A stretch of DNA of 63,695 nt, filler included, from Octopus bimaculoides (GCF_001194135.2; 9 parts of 8 records of this genome joined end to end with filler, not necessarily neighbours in it), one strand, 5' to 3'; counted from the first letter of the whole stretch, positions 1 to 12,101 are shown. Made by a program: numbers and translations. The notes: generated by a model not told the origin, from the letters alone.

Positions 1-458
1 TATATATATATTCACACATACATACACACATACATATACACACACACATACACAAATACACACACACAGTTTTTAAATACATTCGCAATTTGAAGAGAAA
101 CGAAGAAATGTAAAGCTTTGTACTTTGTCGATAGGACATAAGTTAGGTACACATGTACGTAACATGGTAAACTGTGTGTGTACTGCGTAATGGTGAATGC
201 CTTGTGTATGTATGGATTTTCTGTGTGACCTCTCTCTCTCTCTCTCTCTCTCCCTGTATGTACACACACACACACATACACACAGATGTGTGCATGCCAA
301 TGTTTGTGTGAATGCTTGCCTATATAAGTATATGGGTATCTTTGCATATGTAAAGTTGTGAGTATGTCTACATGCCTGCGCGTAAATGTGTGTGTGAGTG
401 TAGGTTTATGTGTACACGCGAGCAATCTGTTATACTCGCGAATTAATAAATATATATG

Positions 459-511
<53 letters not shown>

Positions 512-1126
512 GAAGAGAAAGAAAGATGGGTAGATAGATGCATTCTATATGTGCGCATATATGTGTATATATATATCTCTATGTGTGTGTGTGTGAACGC
601 ATACGTGTATATTGTACCACAGATGTGTGTATATAGATGTGTGTGTGTTCTCATTAGCCAAAACAAGTATATAAAAACTTAAAAATAAAGACAAATAAAA
701 AACAAAGATAATGATTAAAAATAACACGAAAACAAGAACAGAAGAAGCAACTCGGCTGCTGATTGGCTGGTTGACATATGTGGGGATGGTGGCGGGGTAG
801 AGGTGTGTTCTCAGGGTGAAATTGGGGTGTAGGGGACGATGCGAACAACGAGAGTATTGCTGGCGATGGTGGGGAGTTCGTAGAGTTTTAAGCGGGAGAG
901 CTAAGAGAAAGGAATGAGAGCGGAGGGGGGGGGGTAGATTTAAGCTTGTCGTGTGAGGGGATAGAGGCGAACCAATATCGTAAAGGAATACTAAGCAGGA
1001 GGGTGGTGGTGGCAGGAGACGGTGGCAAAATAGCAGGGTACGTAGTAGAGAGATAGGGGTGTTTTTTGTTTNNNNNNNNNNGGCTATGTATGTATGTATA
1101 TGTATGAATCTATTTATGTGTAGGTA

Positions 1127-1157
<31 letters not shown>

Positions 1158-1667
1158 ATATGTATGTATGAATGTACTTATATGTGTAGGTATGTGTGTA
1201 AACCTACGGAGTAGACAGACACGAACAGAGTAAATTTAACCATCTATATGTGTGTGTATATCTATCTTTCTCTCTCATATATATATATACAGAGAGAGAT
1301 GTATGTATTTACATACATATATAAACACGCACAAACGCAAATCTGTGTATATGCGCGCGCACGCGTTCACAAGGCTGAATGGATCGCTTTATGAAATGGG
1401 TATTGAAACACCTTGATAGGTTATCAATATCGTCCCCCACCATTCACACCTCTCTCTCTCTCACTATATATATATATATATATATCAGTATGTGTGTGTG
1501 TATGTGCGTGTAGGTATGCCTGTATATAAACATATTAAACCTACGTAAGTCTATTTATCTATATTAGCTATCAGAGTATCACTCACACACTATGATAAAC
1601 AACGTGTACACATACATACATATACACACACATGTATGTGTGTAGATATATATATATATATACATAC

Positions 1668-1702
<35 letters not shown>

Positions 1703-1753
1703 NNNNNNNNNNNNNNNNNNNNNNNNNNNNNNNNNNNNNNNNNGAGAGAGGGG

Positions 1754-1787
<34 letters not shown>

Positions 1788-3132
1788 GAGGGGGAGAGAG
1801 AGATGAGAACGTGTGTGTGTGTTTGTGTTTATCTAGTTTGTTACCCTCTCACGTACTCCTGACCTATTTAATAGCAGTTCTTTACAGTTAACCTACATCC
1901 GATCAGAACACACCCACATTTTACATAACTCACCACCACTCGCCAATATATACACATATATGACGTTATACGCATAGCTACTTTATATACATATATATAT
2001 ATATATATATACGAGAGAGAGAGAGAGAGAGAGAGGTATATAGATGGTAAAAAAAATTCAAAATTGTGTAAGTGTTTTCTAAGCATTGTGTAAATATAGA
2101 TATATGTTACCACATAGCAACACAACCAAACTCTACATATGTATGTACGTGTGTATGTCATCTGCACATAGAACATGTTACATAACGCGTACGTTTGCGT
2201 TCTACCTATATGGATCGCAGAAATAGTTTTTTTTTTCGTTTTTTTTTTTGTTCTTCAGCCCCAGGTCAGCGCTGGATCGAAACGGCCTCATTGAACAAGC
2301 GTGTTCCATCTGCGAATCTCGACCATTCTCGACTGTGTCCCATATGCGCAGAGAAGCCAGATCGACATTTAAGCCAGTTGTGTTATTTTTATAGTACAAT
2401 CGAGATGTTACTTCAAGGATATTTGGGATCTCTGGGTAACACGTTGAACGACTCTGCACACATAATTTTACATCAGATCAACACACACACACACATTATA
2501 TATATATATATATATATATACTTGTTATGGGGTATGCGTTTACATTAACTGCTGGCCCCAGAACAGACACATTCCCCAATAAAACAATATGTACTTGTAA
2601 ATTTCAAAACAAACGTCAATTTCTTAACCGTCATATATATATATATGACGAAACTTATGCAGAATAGAGCACCGAATAATCTCAGTGTCATATTATTTAT
2701 GTTGTTTCTCAAGATGGGGCGTGGCAATATTCATATGGCAAGAGCGGGGTGGGGTACTTCGGTGGTTCCAGTAAGGGATGCAAGTGGATATAAAAGTTGC
2801 AATAAACTTTAAATCAAAACTTCATACCATATATATATATGTTATATACGAGGTATATACTTTCTATCTATATTTATACAAATATATATATATATTAAAT
2901 ATATTTCAAATATATGGATATCATCCGTTCATAGTGGTGTGCATAATTGTGTTTCGTGTTTTTTGGAATACAAGTGGGGCCTTCGGTGCGCATGCACACA
3001 CACACACACAACGTTCAGGGTTTTACTGGATTGTCATTCCATACCTTTCGTAATTGTCAACAGCAAAAATCTTATGATCAAAATTAATACACACACACAC
3101 ACACACACATATAAATTACATATATACATATA

Positions 3133-3577
3133 TTCTTTTATTCTCTTGTTTCAGTCATTTGGTTGTGGCCACACTGGAGCACTACCTTTAGTCGACTTAT
3201 TCTCTGTAAGCCTAGTACTTATTCTATCGGTCTCTTTTGCAGGAACCGCTGGCTTACGGGGACAAACCACAACATCGTATGTCAAACGATGGCGGGGGGA
3301 CAAATTATAGACACACACACACATACATATATGTATNNNNNNNNNNNNNNNNNNNNNNNNNNNNNNNNNNNNNNNNNNNNNNNNNNNNNNNNNNATATAT
3401 ATATATATATACATACACACACACATAACGGGCTTCTTTCAGTTTCAGTCTACCAAATCCACTCAATGCTTTGGTCGGCCCGAGGCTATGTAGAAGACAT
3501 TCGCCTATGGTGTCACGCAGTGGGACTGAACCTAGAACCATGTGGTTGGGAAGCAAGCTTCTTAGCATACAGTCATA
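3133..3577 (-). mobile_element. tRNA-derived CORE-type SINE, family A (near full length, gap in internal microsatellite)
   Basis: Minus strand has B-box-like GGTTCAGTCCC, a central CORE-like segment, an internal (TA/TG)n tract and the shared tail ending GACTGAAACAAGAGAATAAAAGAA; homologous to more than 10 other copies in the window. Confidence 0.85.
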
Positions 3578-3639
3578 TAAATTACATATAGGTACATATA
3601 TATATAAATTATATATATGTGTGTGTGTGTGTGTGTGTT

Positions 3640-4168
3640 AATAACACCTGTAAGGAGGTGTTTTATCCATTCACCAGAGTAAATGGAGCCTCGGCCAGTA
3701 GGAACTGATGTCGTCAGACGGTAACCAATGTTCATTAGGTGCTTCGACCCTGAACCGTACATCCCTCCCGTTGATGGGTCAGCACAAGCGGCCAAGTCAC
3801 TGCTCCTCCTATCCTCCTGGCTTCCTGCTCCAAGTCCAACAAGTGGCTCTTTTAGCTGCATCGCCCATCTTGCGCACAGCCACCCTTCGCTCTTTCCTTA
3901 CCATGCCAATTGCTGTAAGCGTCCTCCATGCCGACTGAGCAGGAAATCCCCTACAGCCAACCTCGACTGGTAAAAGCCATACCTACACTCCTTTCTCCCT
4001 GCAATCCTGCAGAAGGCTCTCATATCTGGCGCGCTTCCGTTCATGGGGCTCATCACTACCCTCTCCCCACGGGACTATTAGTTCAATTACGATAATCTTC
4101 TTCGCCTTTTTAGACCAAGTGGCAACATCTGGCCTCAGGGTTGTATGGACAACCTGGGGAAACTGCAT
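3640..4168 (-). mobile_element. 5'-truncated R2-superfamily (HERO/NeSL-like) non-LTR retrotransposon: RLE domain plus 3' UTR
   Basis: Minus frame 4168-3809 reads QFPQVVHTTLRPDVATWSKKAKKIIVIELIVPWGEGSDEPHERKRARYESLLQDCREKGV*VWLLPVEVGCRGF...AAKRATCWTWSRK*; RPD..IEL.VPW and PVEVGCRGF are restriction-like endonuclease motifs; one in-frame stop at 3983-3985. Confidence 0.85.
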
Positions 4169-4169
4169 A

Positions 4170-4218
<49 letters not shown>

Positions 4219-4239
4219 ATTTAGATAGATAGATTATAT

Positions 4240-4509
4240 ATAAAGTGTACATATATATGTATATAAATTACATATATATATATATTTATGTACATATATA
4301 TAAATTATATATATATATATATATTTATGTATATATATAAATTATATATTTATATATTAATGTATATATATAAATTATATATTTATATATTTATGTATAT
4401 ATATAAATTATATATTTATATATTTATGTATATATATATATATATAAATTATATATATATATATTTATGTATATATATATATATTTATGTATATGTATAT
4501 ATATTTATA
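4240..4509. repeat. AT-only minisatellite (about 32-nt unit, ATTTATGTATATATATAAATTATATATTTATAT-like)
   Basis: Several imperfect tandem copies visible directly. Confidence 0.75.
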
Positions 4510-4865
4510 TTCTTTTACTTGTTTCAGTCATTTAACTGCGGCCATGCTGGAGCACCGCCTTTGGTCGAACAAATCGACACCAGGACTTATTGTTTGTAAG
4601 CCTAGTACTTATTCAATCGGTCTTTTGCCGAACAGTTAAGTTACGGGGACGTAAACACACCAGCATAGGTTGACAACCGATAGTGGGAGAACAAACACAG
4701 AGTCACATATATACACGACGGGCTTCTTTCAGTTCCCGACTACTAAATCCACTCACAGGTATTTGGTCGGCCCGAGGCAATAGCATAGCCCAAGGTGCCA
4801 CGCAATGGGACTGAACCCGGAACTATGTAGTTGGTAAGCAAGTGACTTACCGCACAGCCACTCCT
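4510..4865 (-). mobile_element. SINE family A, full length
   Basis: Head GGAGTGGCTGTGCGGTAAG, B box GGGTTCAGTCCC, CORE-like GGCACCTTGGGC and the family tail, all on the minus strand. Confidence 0.85.
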
Positions 4866-4943
4866 CGGGCCGCTAAATCCTTGTGAGTGAATTTGCTAGA
4901 CGGAAACTGAAAGAAGCCCGTCGTATATGTATATATGTATATT

Positions 4944-4986
<43 letters not shown>

Positions 4987-5132
4987 GTAACATAGCAGTT
5001 CGGCAAAATGGTTCGATAGAATAAGTACCAGGACCACAAGGAATAAGTCCAGGGGTCGATTTCTTCGACTAATAGCGGTGCTTGAGTATAGCCACAAGCA
5101 AACGACTGAAACAAGTAAAAGAATAAAAGAAT
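4863..5132 (+). mobile_element. SINE family A, 5'-truncated, inverted relative to the neighbouring copy
   Basis: CCTCGGGCCG..CCTTGTGAGTG..GAAAGAAGCCCGTCG-(TG)n-tail GAAACAAGTAAAAGAATAAAAGAAT. Confidence 0.8.
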
Positions 5133-5181
5133 GAATATAAATTACACCAAAATTTATATATAAAATATATACATATATATG

Positions 5182-5212
<31 letters not shown>

Positions 5213-5562
5213 NNNNNNNNNNATATTAATTAATATCGATTAATTATCAGGAGGCCAGCACATCTAAAGAATCAAAGAGATTCAGAAATAGTATTTGCAA
5301 TTTCAGGGGATTAAGGTACATTTTTAAAAAATAACGTTGACCACTAACGTGGACAATTAATGTGCTAGAAATAGATCACATCTTTTGTCTATTAAGACAT
5401 AAATTGTTCTCAACATGAAATATAGCAGCATACCAATAAATAAATATATATATATATATATATACATTTTTATGTATATATGTTATATATATGAACATAA
5501 TTCATGAGTGTATATGTGGGTGTATACGTATATTATATACACACTTTTCCCATACAAGCTAT

Positions 5563-5917
5563 GGAGGCACAATGGCCCAGCGGTTACGGCAGTGGACTCG
5601 CAGTCATAGGAACGCGATTTCGATTCCCAGACAGGGCGTTGTGATTGTTTATTGAGCGAAAACACCCAAAGCTCCACATGGCTCCGGCGGGGTTTAGTGG
5701 TGAACCTGCTGTATACTTCCACCACAACTTTCCCTCACTCTTTCTTACTGTACTGTTTCTGTTGTACCTGTATTTCACCCTGAATATCCCCGAGAACTAC
5801 GTTAAGAGTACACGTGTCTGTGGAGTGCTCAGCCACTTCCACGTTAATTTCACGAGCAGGCTGTTCTGTTGATCGGATCAACTGAAATCCTCGTCGTTGT
5901 AACCGACGGAATGCCAC
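5563..5917 (+). mobile_element. tRNA-derived SINE family C
   Basis: A box TGGCCCAGCGG, B box GATTTCGATTCCC; body shared with 19378-19766 and 33128-33372. Confidence 0.85.
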
Positions 5918-6079
5918 GATCTATAGACAAATAGATGCATACAGGAAACACGTGTATATTAGAATAACGAAATCTGCGCAACAGCCACGAAATCAGGTCC
6001 CAAAGCATAACATTGCAACACGTGCGTCCGAACAAGGGGAATTATGTACACTAACACACACGCACAGATAGATAATATA

Positions 6080-6123
<44 letters not shown>

Positions 6124-6230
6124 GGCAGGGGATCGTTAATTAGTAATAAAATTAATAATTAACAATTTTGCCGGGTAGCTCAGTATGAAAAAACCTTATC
6201 GGAAGAACCGTTTATAATCATAAATATATA

Positions 6231-6458
6231 GGGATTAGCAGAATCCTGCTTCTCCAACATACTGTGAATTCAGAAATAGCAGCCAAAGAACTACTGATTC
6301 CAAAACTACAAACTTTTCCAAAACTACAAACTAGTTCTGTGTGTACCATAAATATCGCTATCAGTTTAGAGAAAAGTTTGTAGTTTTGGAATCAGTAGTT
6401 CTTTGGCTGCTATTTCTGAATTCTCAGTATGTTGGAGAAGCAGGATTCTGCTAATCCC
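6231..6458. repeat. Foldback inverted repeat, 88-bp arms (MITE-like or inverted element terminus)
   Basis: 6231-6318 is the reverse complement of 6371-6458 with one mismatch; flanked by TA. Confidence 0.85.
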
Positions 6459-6507
6459 TATATATATATATATATACACACACACATATATATATATATA
6501 CACACAC

Positions 6508-6607
6508 NNNNNNNNNNNNNNNNNNNNNNNNNNNNNNNNNNNNNNNNNNNNTTAATTAATTAANNNNNNNNNNNNNNNNNNNNNNNNNNNNNNNNNNNNN
6601 NNNNNNN
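6508..6607. other. Artificial 100-bp assembly spacer N44-TTAATTAATTAA-N44 (also 12133-12232, 17463-17562, 26050-26149, 51399-51498, 54345-54444, 59096-59195, 62033-62132)
   Basis: Identical layout eight times; the 12-mer places stop codons in all six frames. Confidence 0.95.
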
Positions 6608-6639
<32 letters not shown>

Positions 6640-6993
6640 GGTAAATGTACACAATTTACATAGTTTTAATATATCTTTAATGAAAGAGTATGGTGGTTGT
6701 CGACTGGTTTCGCTTTCGCTAATCATGATATTGAAATTATTGTAATTTCGTATTTTCTTAAGAAGATTTTAGTCCATGTTCTTATATGAAAGTTTGTGAT
6801 GGAATCCACAAGTAGAAAAATCTAAGAGGAGGTAATTAGTGATAGTTATTATTCAAGACAAAGAGGTAATTTCTTATTTTTGGGCTTAGGTAAATAAACA
6901 TCCAAAAACTCATAAGCTAAAGTAGTAACATGAAATATGTACCGTGATGGATGTGTGATCATGAATTAAAATATATACTGAGATCAAAGTTGG

Positions 6994-8310
6994 TTATGCA
7001 ATCATATTTGGGCGTGTTCTGTATTTTTCGATAAAGAAATTTTTATTATTTAAGCGTTCTTGTACAGAAATTTTTTGCTTGCACTGGTAGATGGGGAGAA
7101 CTATGAAATTTGATTGGAGTTTCCTTGCATATCTCTCTATGTGTTCACTCAAAAGTATCTGTCTCTACTTTGAGAAGCGGATCAGTTCCTTATATAGTGT
7201 GGCTCTCCGTCTAAGTGACATACTCGTCTGTTCGATATAGTTGTGTCTACAACCTGAACAAGTTATAACATAAATTAAATTCTCAGATACACAAGTGAAG
7301 TTGGTCTTAACTGTGAACATTTCTCCTTGTTTGAATTGGAATTCCGAACCTTCCACTAGGTTGGAGCATGTTCCAGTTTGGACGTACACATTTTTAACCA
7401 TTCGTGATTGATATGTAAAGTCTTTTCAGCGATTTGGGTTGCTTTTACATTTGATGAATTCATGTGTTTTCAGAATGTTGTTCATTTTTTAATCCCTAGT
7501 GGGCATTAATAGATTTCGTACAATAGTGTTTTATGCCTCATTGTTTCTAGGGTTGTGAGTTGATTTGTACGTAGTATTTTCAGATGAGGTGTTTCGCTTT
7601 GTTTCCATTAGTGTTTTAATGCCTATTTTCTTGGCACGTTTACTTCCATCATCTATAAGTGAGGGTGGATAGTTTTTCATAGTTAGTGTTGTTCTGAGGT
7701 CTTGAAGACGGAGGTCCCGTGTATTTCCATCACTATTGTGCAATTTCTTTTCGCTAAATTAAAGGGGATGTTTCTTTTGATGCGTTTCGGGTGGCATGAG
7801 CTAAACAGAAGATATTGCTTCGAGTCCGTTGGTTTGTGATATATGTCAATTGCAATTTGGTTATTGACTTTTTTGTACCAGAATATCTAAGAAAGCTCTC
7901 TTTTGCTATATTTCATCGTAAGCTGAACGTTAGGGTTTATACTATTTAGTATTGATTTAAATTTCAGAAGTTTATCTATGGTCTCATTTCAAACGATAAA
8001 GCAGTTATCCAGATATATTTTCCAATTCTCTCTTATATAATGATGAAATAGATATGTATATTTTTGCAGTGACACTTCATGTATGGTGAATTCAAAACAT
8101 CCCATTATTAAGTTCGCAAGAGTAGGAGCTGCTTTTGTTCCCATTGCAATTCCACATTTTGTCGATAGTAGGTGTCATCAAATAGGAAACAATTGTTCTG
8201 AAGTATGAATTTTAAAGTTTCGATAATAAATTTTATAGCTGTATTCCATAGTCATGTTGGATATTGGTGTAAAGATTGATAACATCGAGGGGAACCAATG
8301 AAGAGAGTTA
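6994..8310 (-). mobile_element. Degenerate Penelope-like retroelement (RT plus GIY-YIG endonuclease)
   Basis: Minus-strand fragments LVPLDVINLYTNI, GIAMGTKAAPTLANLIMG, WKIYLDNCFI (YLDD box) and NLIYVITCSGCRHNYIEQT (GIY-YIG); frameshifts and stops throughout. Confidence 0.9.
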
Positions 8311-8579
8311 CGTAATTACTTACATTAGCTTACTGTTGCTTCTACTACGAGCAGATGTACAGTGAGAGCTAAATGTCAGTGCTACATTTTATAGATGCCA
8401 CAGAACAACTTGAATGAATTTAAATTCTAATAACAGGCTATTAGTATGGCAGTGGCTAAAATGCACGATGATATTTAAACATTTTTCGGAGATATTCTTG
8501 TTTGGCAAGTGTGTTGAAACTAAAGCAATTAGTAGCTATTCAAAATGTACGTATGCATGCATATACATACATACATACA

Positions 8580-8611
<32 letters not shown>

Positions 8612-8941
8612 CACATATATANNNNNNNNNNNNNNNNNNNNNNNNNNNNNNNNNNNNNNNNNNNNNNNNNNNNNNNNNNNNNNNNNNNNNNNNNNNNNNN
8701 NNNNNNNNNNNNNNNNNNNNNNNNNNNNNNNNNNNNNNNNNNNNNNNNNNNNNNNNNNNNNNNNNNNNNNNNNNNNNNNNNNNNNNNNNNNNNNNNNNNN
8801 NNNNNNNNNNNNNNNNNNNNNNNNNNNNNNNNNNNNNNNNNNNNNNNNNNNNNNNNNNNNNNNNNNNNNNNNNNNNNNNNNNNNNNNNNNNNNNNNNNNN
8901 NNNACACACACACACACGAACACACACAGACACACACACAA

Positions 8942-8986
<45 letters not shown>

Positions 8987-9125
8987 GTTCAAATTTACAG
9001 AAAACAAATGACGAAGACAGGTGTAGGAACAATAAGCAGGTGTATTAGTTTAACGCTCGGAAAGAATGGAAAAGTCTTTTACGTTTCGAGCCTACGCTCT
9101 TCGACAGAAAGGATTAAGAAGGTAA
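8987..9125 (-). mobile_element. Short repeat resembling a PLE terminal repeat, with a hammerhead-like motif; second copy at 35483-35600
   Basis: Two homologous copies share GACAGGTGTATTAGTTT..GAAAAGTCTTT.ACGTTTCGAGCCTACGCTCTTC.ACAGAAAGG. Confidence 0.65.
9076..9111 (-). ncRNA. Putative minimal type I hammerhead ribozyme with variant core (U6)
   Basis: Minus strand: CUUU-CUGUCGA-A-GAGC(GUAG)GCUC-GAAAC-GUA-AAAG; stems I and II pair, stem III is the palindrome ACGU. Confidence 0.5.
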
Positions 9126-9193
9126 AAAAGGATAGAGAAAGAAAAAAGCGGAAAGAGAAAAAATGTGTAGAGAATAGCGGGTCAGTATATAAC

Positions 9194-9332
9194 CGCAGGC
9201 ATGGCTGTATAGTAAAAGGTTTGCTTCCCAACTACATGATTCCGTGTTCAGTCCCACTGCATGGCATCTTGTGTCTTCTATTATAGCTTCGGGCCGACCA
9301 AAGCTTTATGTACGTGCGTGTGTGTGCGTGTA

Positions 9333-9371
<39 letters not shown>

Positions 9372-9608
9372 GTGTGTGCGTGTGTGTGTGCGTGCGGATC
9401 TGTGTGTCTGTGTAAGTTAACCATCATCGCTTGATAAACGGTTTCGGTGTGTTTACGTCCCCGTAACATAGCAGGTCGACAAAAAAGACCAGCAAAATAA
9501 TTACCAGTGATAAGTAAATACTAGTGTTGATTCGTTCCATTAAAATTTTTCAAGGCGGTACCCCAGCATGGTCGCAATCAAATGATTGAAACGAGTAAAA
9601 GATAAAAG
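9194..9608 (+). mobile_element. SINE family A
   Basis: Head GCAGGCATGGCTGTATAGTAA, B box GTGTTCAGTCCC, internal (GT)n, family tail. Confidence 0.8.
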
Positions 9609-9683
9609 GTACATACATTTATATAAATTTATTTATGTCTGTATGTGTGTATCTTTATGTATGTATGCATGTATGTATGTATG

Positions 9684-9714
<31 letters not shown>

Positions 9715-9745
9715 GTATGTATGCAAGTATGTATACATGTACGTA

Positions 9746-10177
9746 TTCTTTTATTCTTTTATTCATTTCAATAATTTGACTGCAGCCATGCTGGAGCACC
9801 GCCTTGGAAAGTCGACCGCAGGACTTATCTTTTTAAAACCTAGTATTTATTCTATCGAACTCTTTTGCTAAGAACTCTCTCGCTAAGTTACGTAAACACT
9901 GCTAAGGGACGTAATCACCGCGAAGGGATGTAAACACACCAACACCGGTTGTCAAGTGGTGATGGGGTACAAACACGAAGACACACTCACTCATAGATAT
10001 ATACATATATATGTACGACGGGCTTCTTTCAGTTTCCGTCTGCCAAATCCATACACAAGGCTTTAGTCGGCCCGAGGCTATAGTAGAAGACACTTGCCCA
10101 AGGTGCCACACAGTGGGACTGAACCCAGAACCATGTGGTTGGAAGTAAGCTTCTCGCCACACAGCCGCGCCTGCGCC
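9746..10177 (-). mobile_element. SINE family A
   Basis: Head GGCGCAGGCGCGGCTGTGTGG, GGGTTCAGTCCC, GGCACCTTGGGCAAGTGTCTTCT and tail on the minus strand. Confidence 0.85.
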
Positions 10178-10209
<32 letters not shown>

Positions 10210-10719
10210 TGTACGTATGTATGTATGTATGCATGTATGTATAAGCAAAGAATATAAAAAAGAATGATTCCATTTGCAACCATTACCACCACCACCACTA
10301 CTACTACTACTGCTACTGCTGCTGTTGCTAATAGCGCCGCTTGTGTTTATTAAAAGTATTCTCTAACCACTGACCTTACTAAAACGGATTAAGCTTATTT
10401 TCGAATATTACTGAATGAGAAGTGTTTCCATGTATGGAGTTCATTGGCGTTAGAAATCGCCTTATATTGATCTGTTAATTATCAATGTCAGTACATGACC
10501 TCGTTTGACCCCAGCTTTATATTCCTTCGTTCATTTAGGACATTCGATCTTGTTGGCTTTTTTTTTTTTAATATTTTCGTTTCTGCTTTTGTTTGTGCTA
10601 CGGTTGTTTGTAGGGTGTTATTTCATTATCTAAACAGACAAATCAAGAAAGTAGCAGAATAAATGACATGACTAACCCAATTTAGTTCGTTGCTCGCTAC
10701 AGACAGTATCGATTAGTTA

Positions 10720-10721
<2 letters not shown>

Positions 10722-10769
<48 letters not shown>

Positions 10770-10836
10770 CTGTCTCTCTCACTCTCTTTCTTTCTGTCTC
10801 TCTCACTCTCTTTCTCTCTTTCTCTCTTTCTCTCTT

Positions 10837-10867
<31 letters not shown>

Positions 10868-10985
10868 CTCTCTCTTCTCTCTCTCTCTTTCTCTCTCTCT
10901 CTTCTCTCTCTTCTCTCTCTTCTCTCTCTCTCTCTTTCTCTTTTCTGCCTGTTTATCTGTCTGTCTCCCCTCCCTCTCTCTATTT
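10722..10985. repeat. (CT)n/(CTTT)n polypyrimidine microsatellite
   Basis: Direct inspection. Confidence 0.9.
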
Positions 10986-11105
10986 ATCTTTTCCTTACTA
11001 TCATCGCAGAGGGCGTGACTGTCGACAATAAATCTCGACTTCATATTCCATCACCGTCAATCACGTATCATCTCATTTTTCTTCCGTTTCTCATTATTAT
11101 TATCA

Positions 11106-11740
11106 TTGGCAGACTCGTTAGCACGCTGTACGAAATGCTTAGCGGTATTTCTCCCGTCGCTACGTTTAGAGTTCAAATTCTGCCGAAGTCAACTTTTCCT
11201 TTGATCCTTTCGGGGTCGATAAAATCAAGTGTTAGTGAAATACTGGGGTCGATGCAATAGACTAGTCCCCTCCCGCCAAATTTCAGGCCTTGTGCTTATA
11301 GTAGAAAGATTTATCGTTATTATTATTATCATTATTGCTGTTATTAATATCATTATTATTGTAATTGTTGTTGTTGTTGTTAGTGTTGCTGTTGTTGTTG
11401 CTGTTGGGGCGGCGAGCTGGTAGAATCGCAACCGCGCCGAACAAATTGCTTAACGGCATTTCTTTATGTCCGGAGTTCAAGTGCCGCTGAGGTAGAGTTT
11501 GCCTTTCATTCTTTCGGGGTCGATAAAATAAGTACCAGTTGAGCACTGAAGTTGATAAAATCGACTTCTAATTCCCGTTAAAATTGGTGGCCTTGTGCCA
11601 AAAATTACAAACAATTAGGTTGACTTTCAGCCTTCTGGAGTCGATGAAATAAGTATCAGATAAGCACTGAAGCTGATGTAATCGACTAGTCCCTCTCCTA
11701 AAATATTTCATGCCTTGTGCCTATAATAGAAAGGATCATT
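11106..11740 (+). mobile_element. Tandem cluster of three tRNA-derived SINE family B copies linked by (ATT)/(GTT)n
   Basis: A box TGGCAGAATCG, B box GAGTTCAAAT, central GACTTTGCCTTTCATCCTTTCGGGGTCGATAAAATAAGTACCAG (resembles the Meta-type SINE domain, from memory). Confidence 0.85.
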
Positions 11741-12101
11741 ATTATTATTTTTCTCTTTATCACGGGTTTTGTTGGAGCTCCTGGAGTCTTGCATGCGTAG
11801 CGGGCTTACTACCTGCAGCTTACCGTACCATACTATCGTTTTTTCAGCTATCTAATACTTTCCTGCTTATTCTGGCCGTGCCAAGGAAGCAAACCCTTTG
11901 TAACAGTTCTACTGGGCACTCTATTCCAATTTCCTTTATATTCTTCTTGATGTCTTCTGATGCTGTTCCCAAGGACCCAACAATAACTGGCACTATCTTC
12001 ACCTTCATTTTCCATAGTCGGGCTATTTCGTACTTAAGACGGCTGTATCTATCTATCTATGTATGTATGCATGCATGCATGTATGTACGTATGTATGTAC
12101 A

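Noticed and set aside
5563-5635. tRNA genes
   Set aside because: A/B-box heads continue into SINE bodies repeated in the window; no complete cloverleaf
6552-6563. Recurrent TTAATTAATTAA as a biological motif
   Set aside because: Always centred in exactly 44+44 N, so it is an artificial spacer
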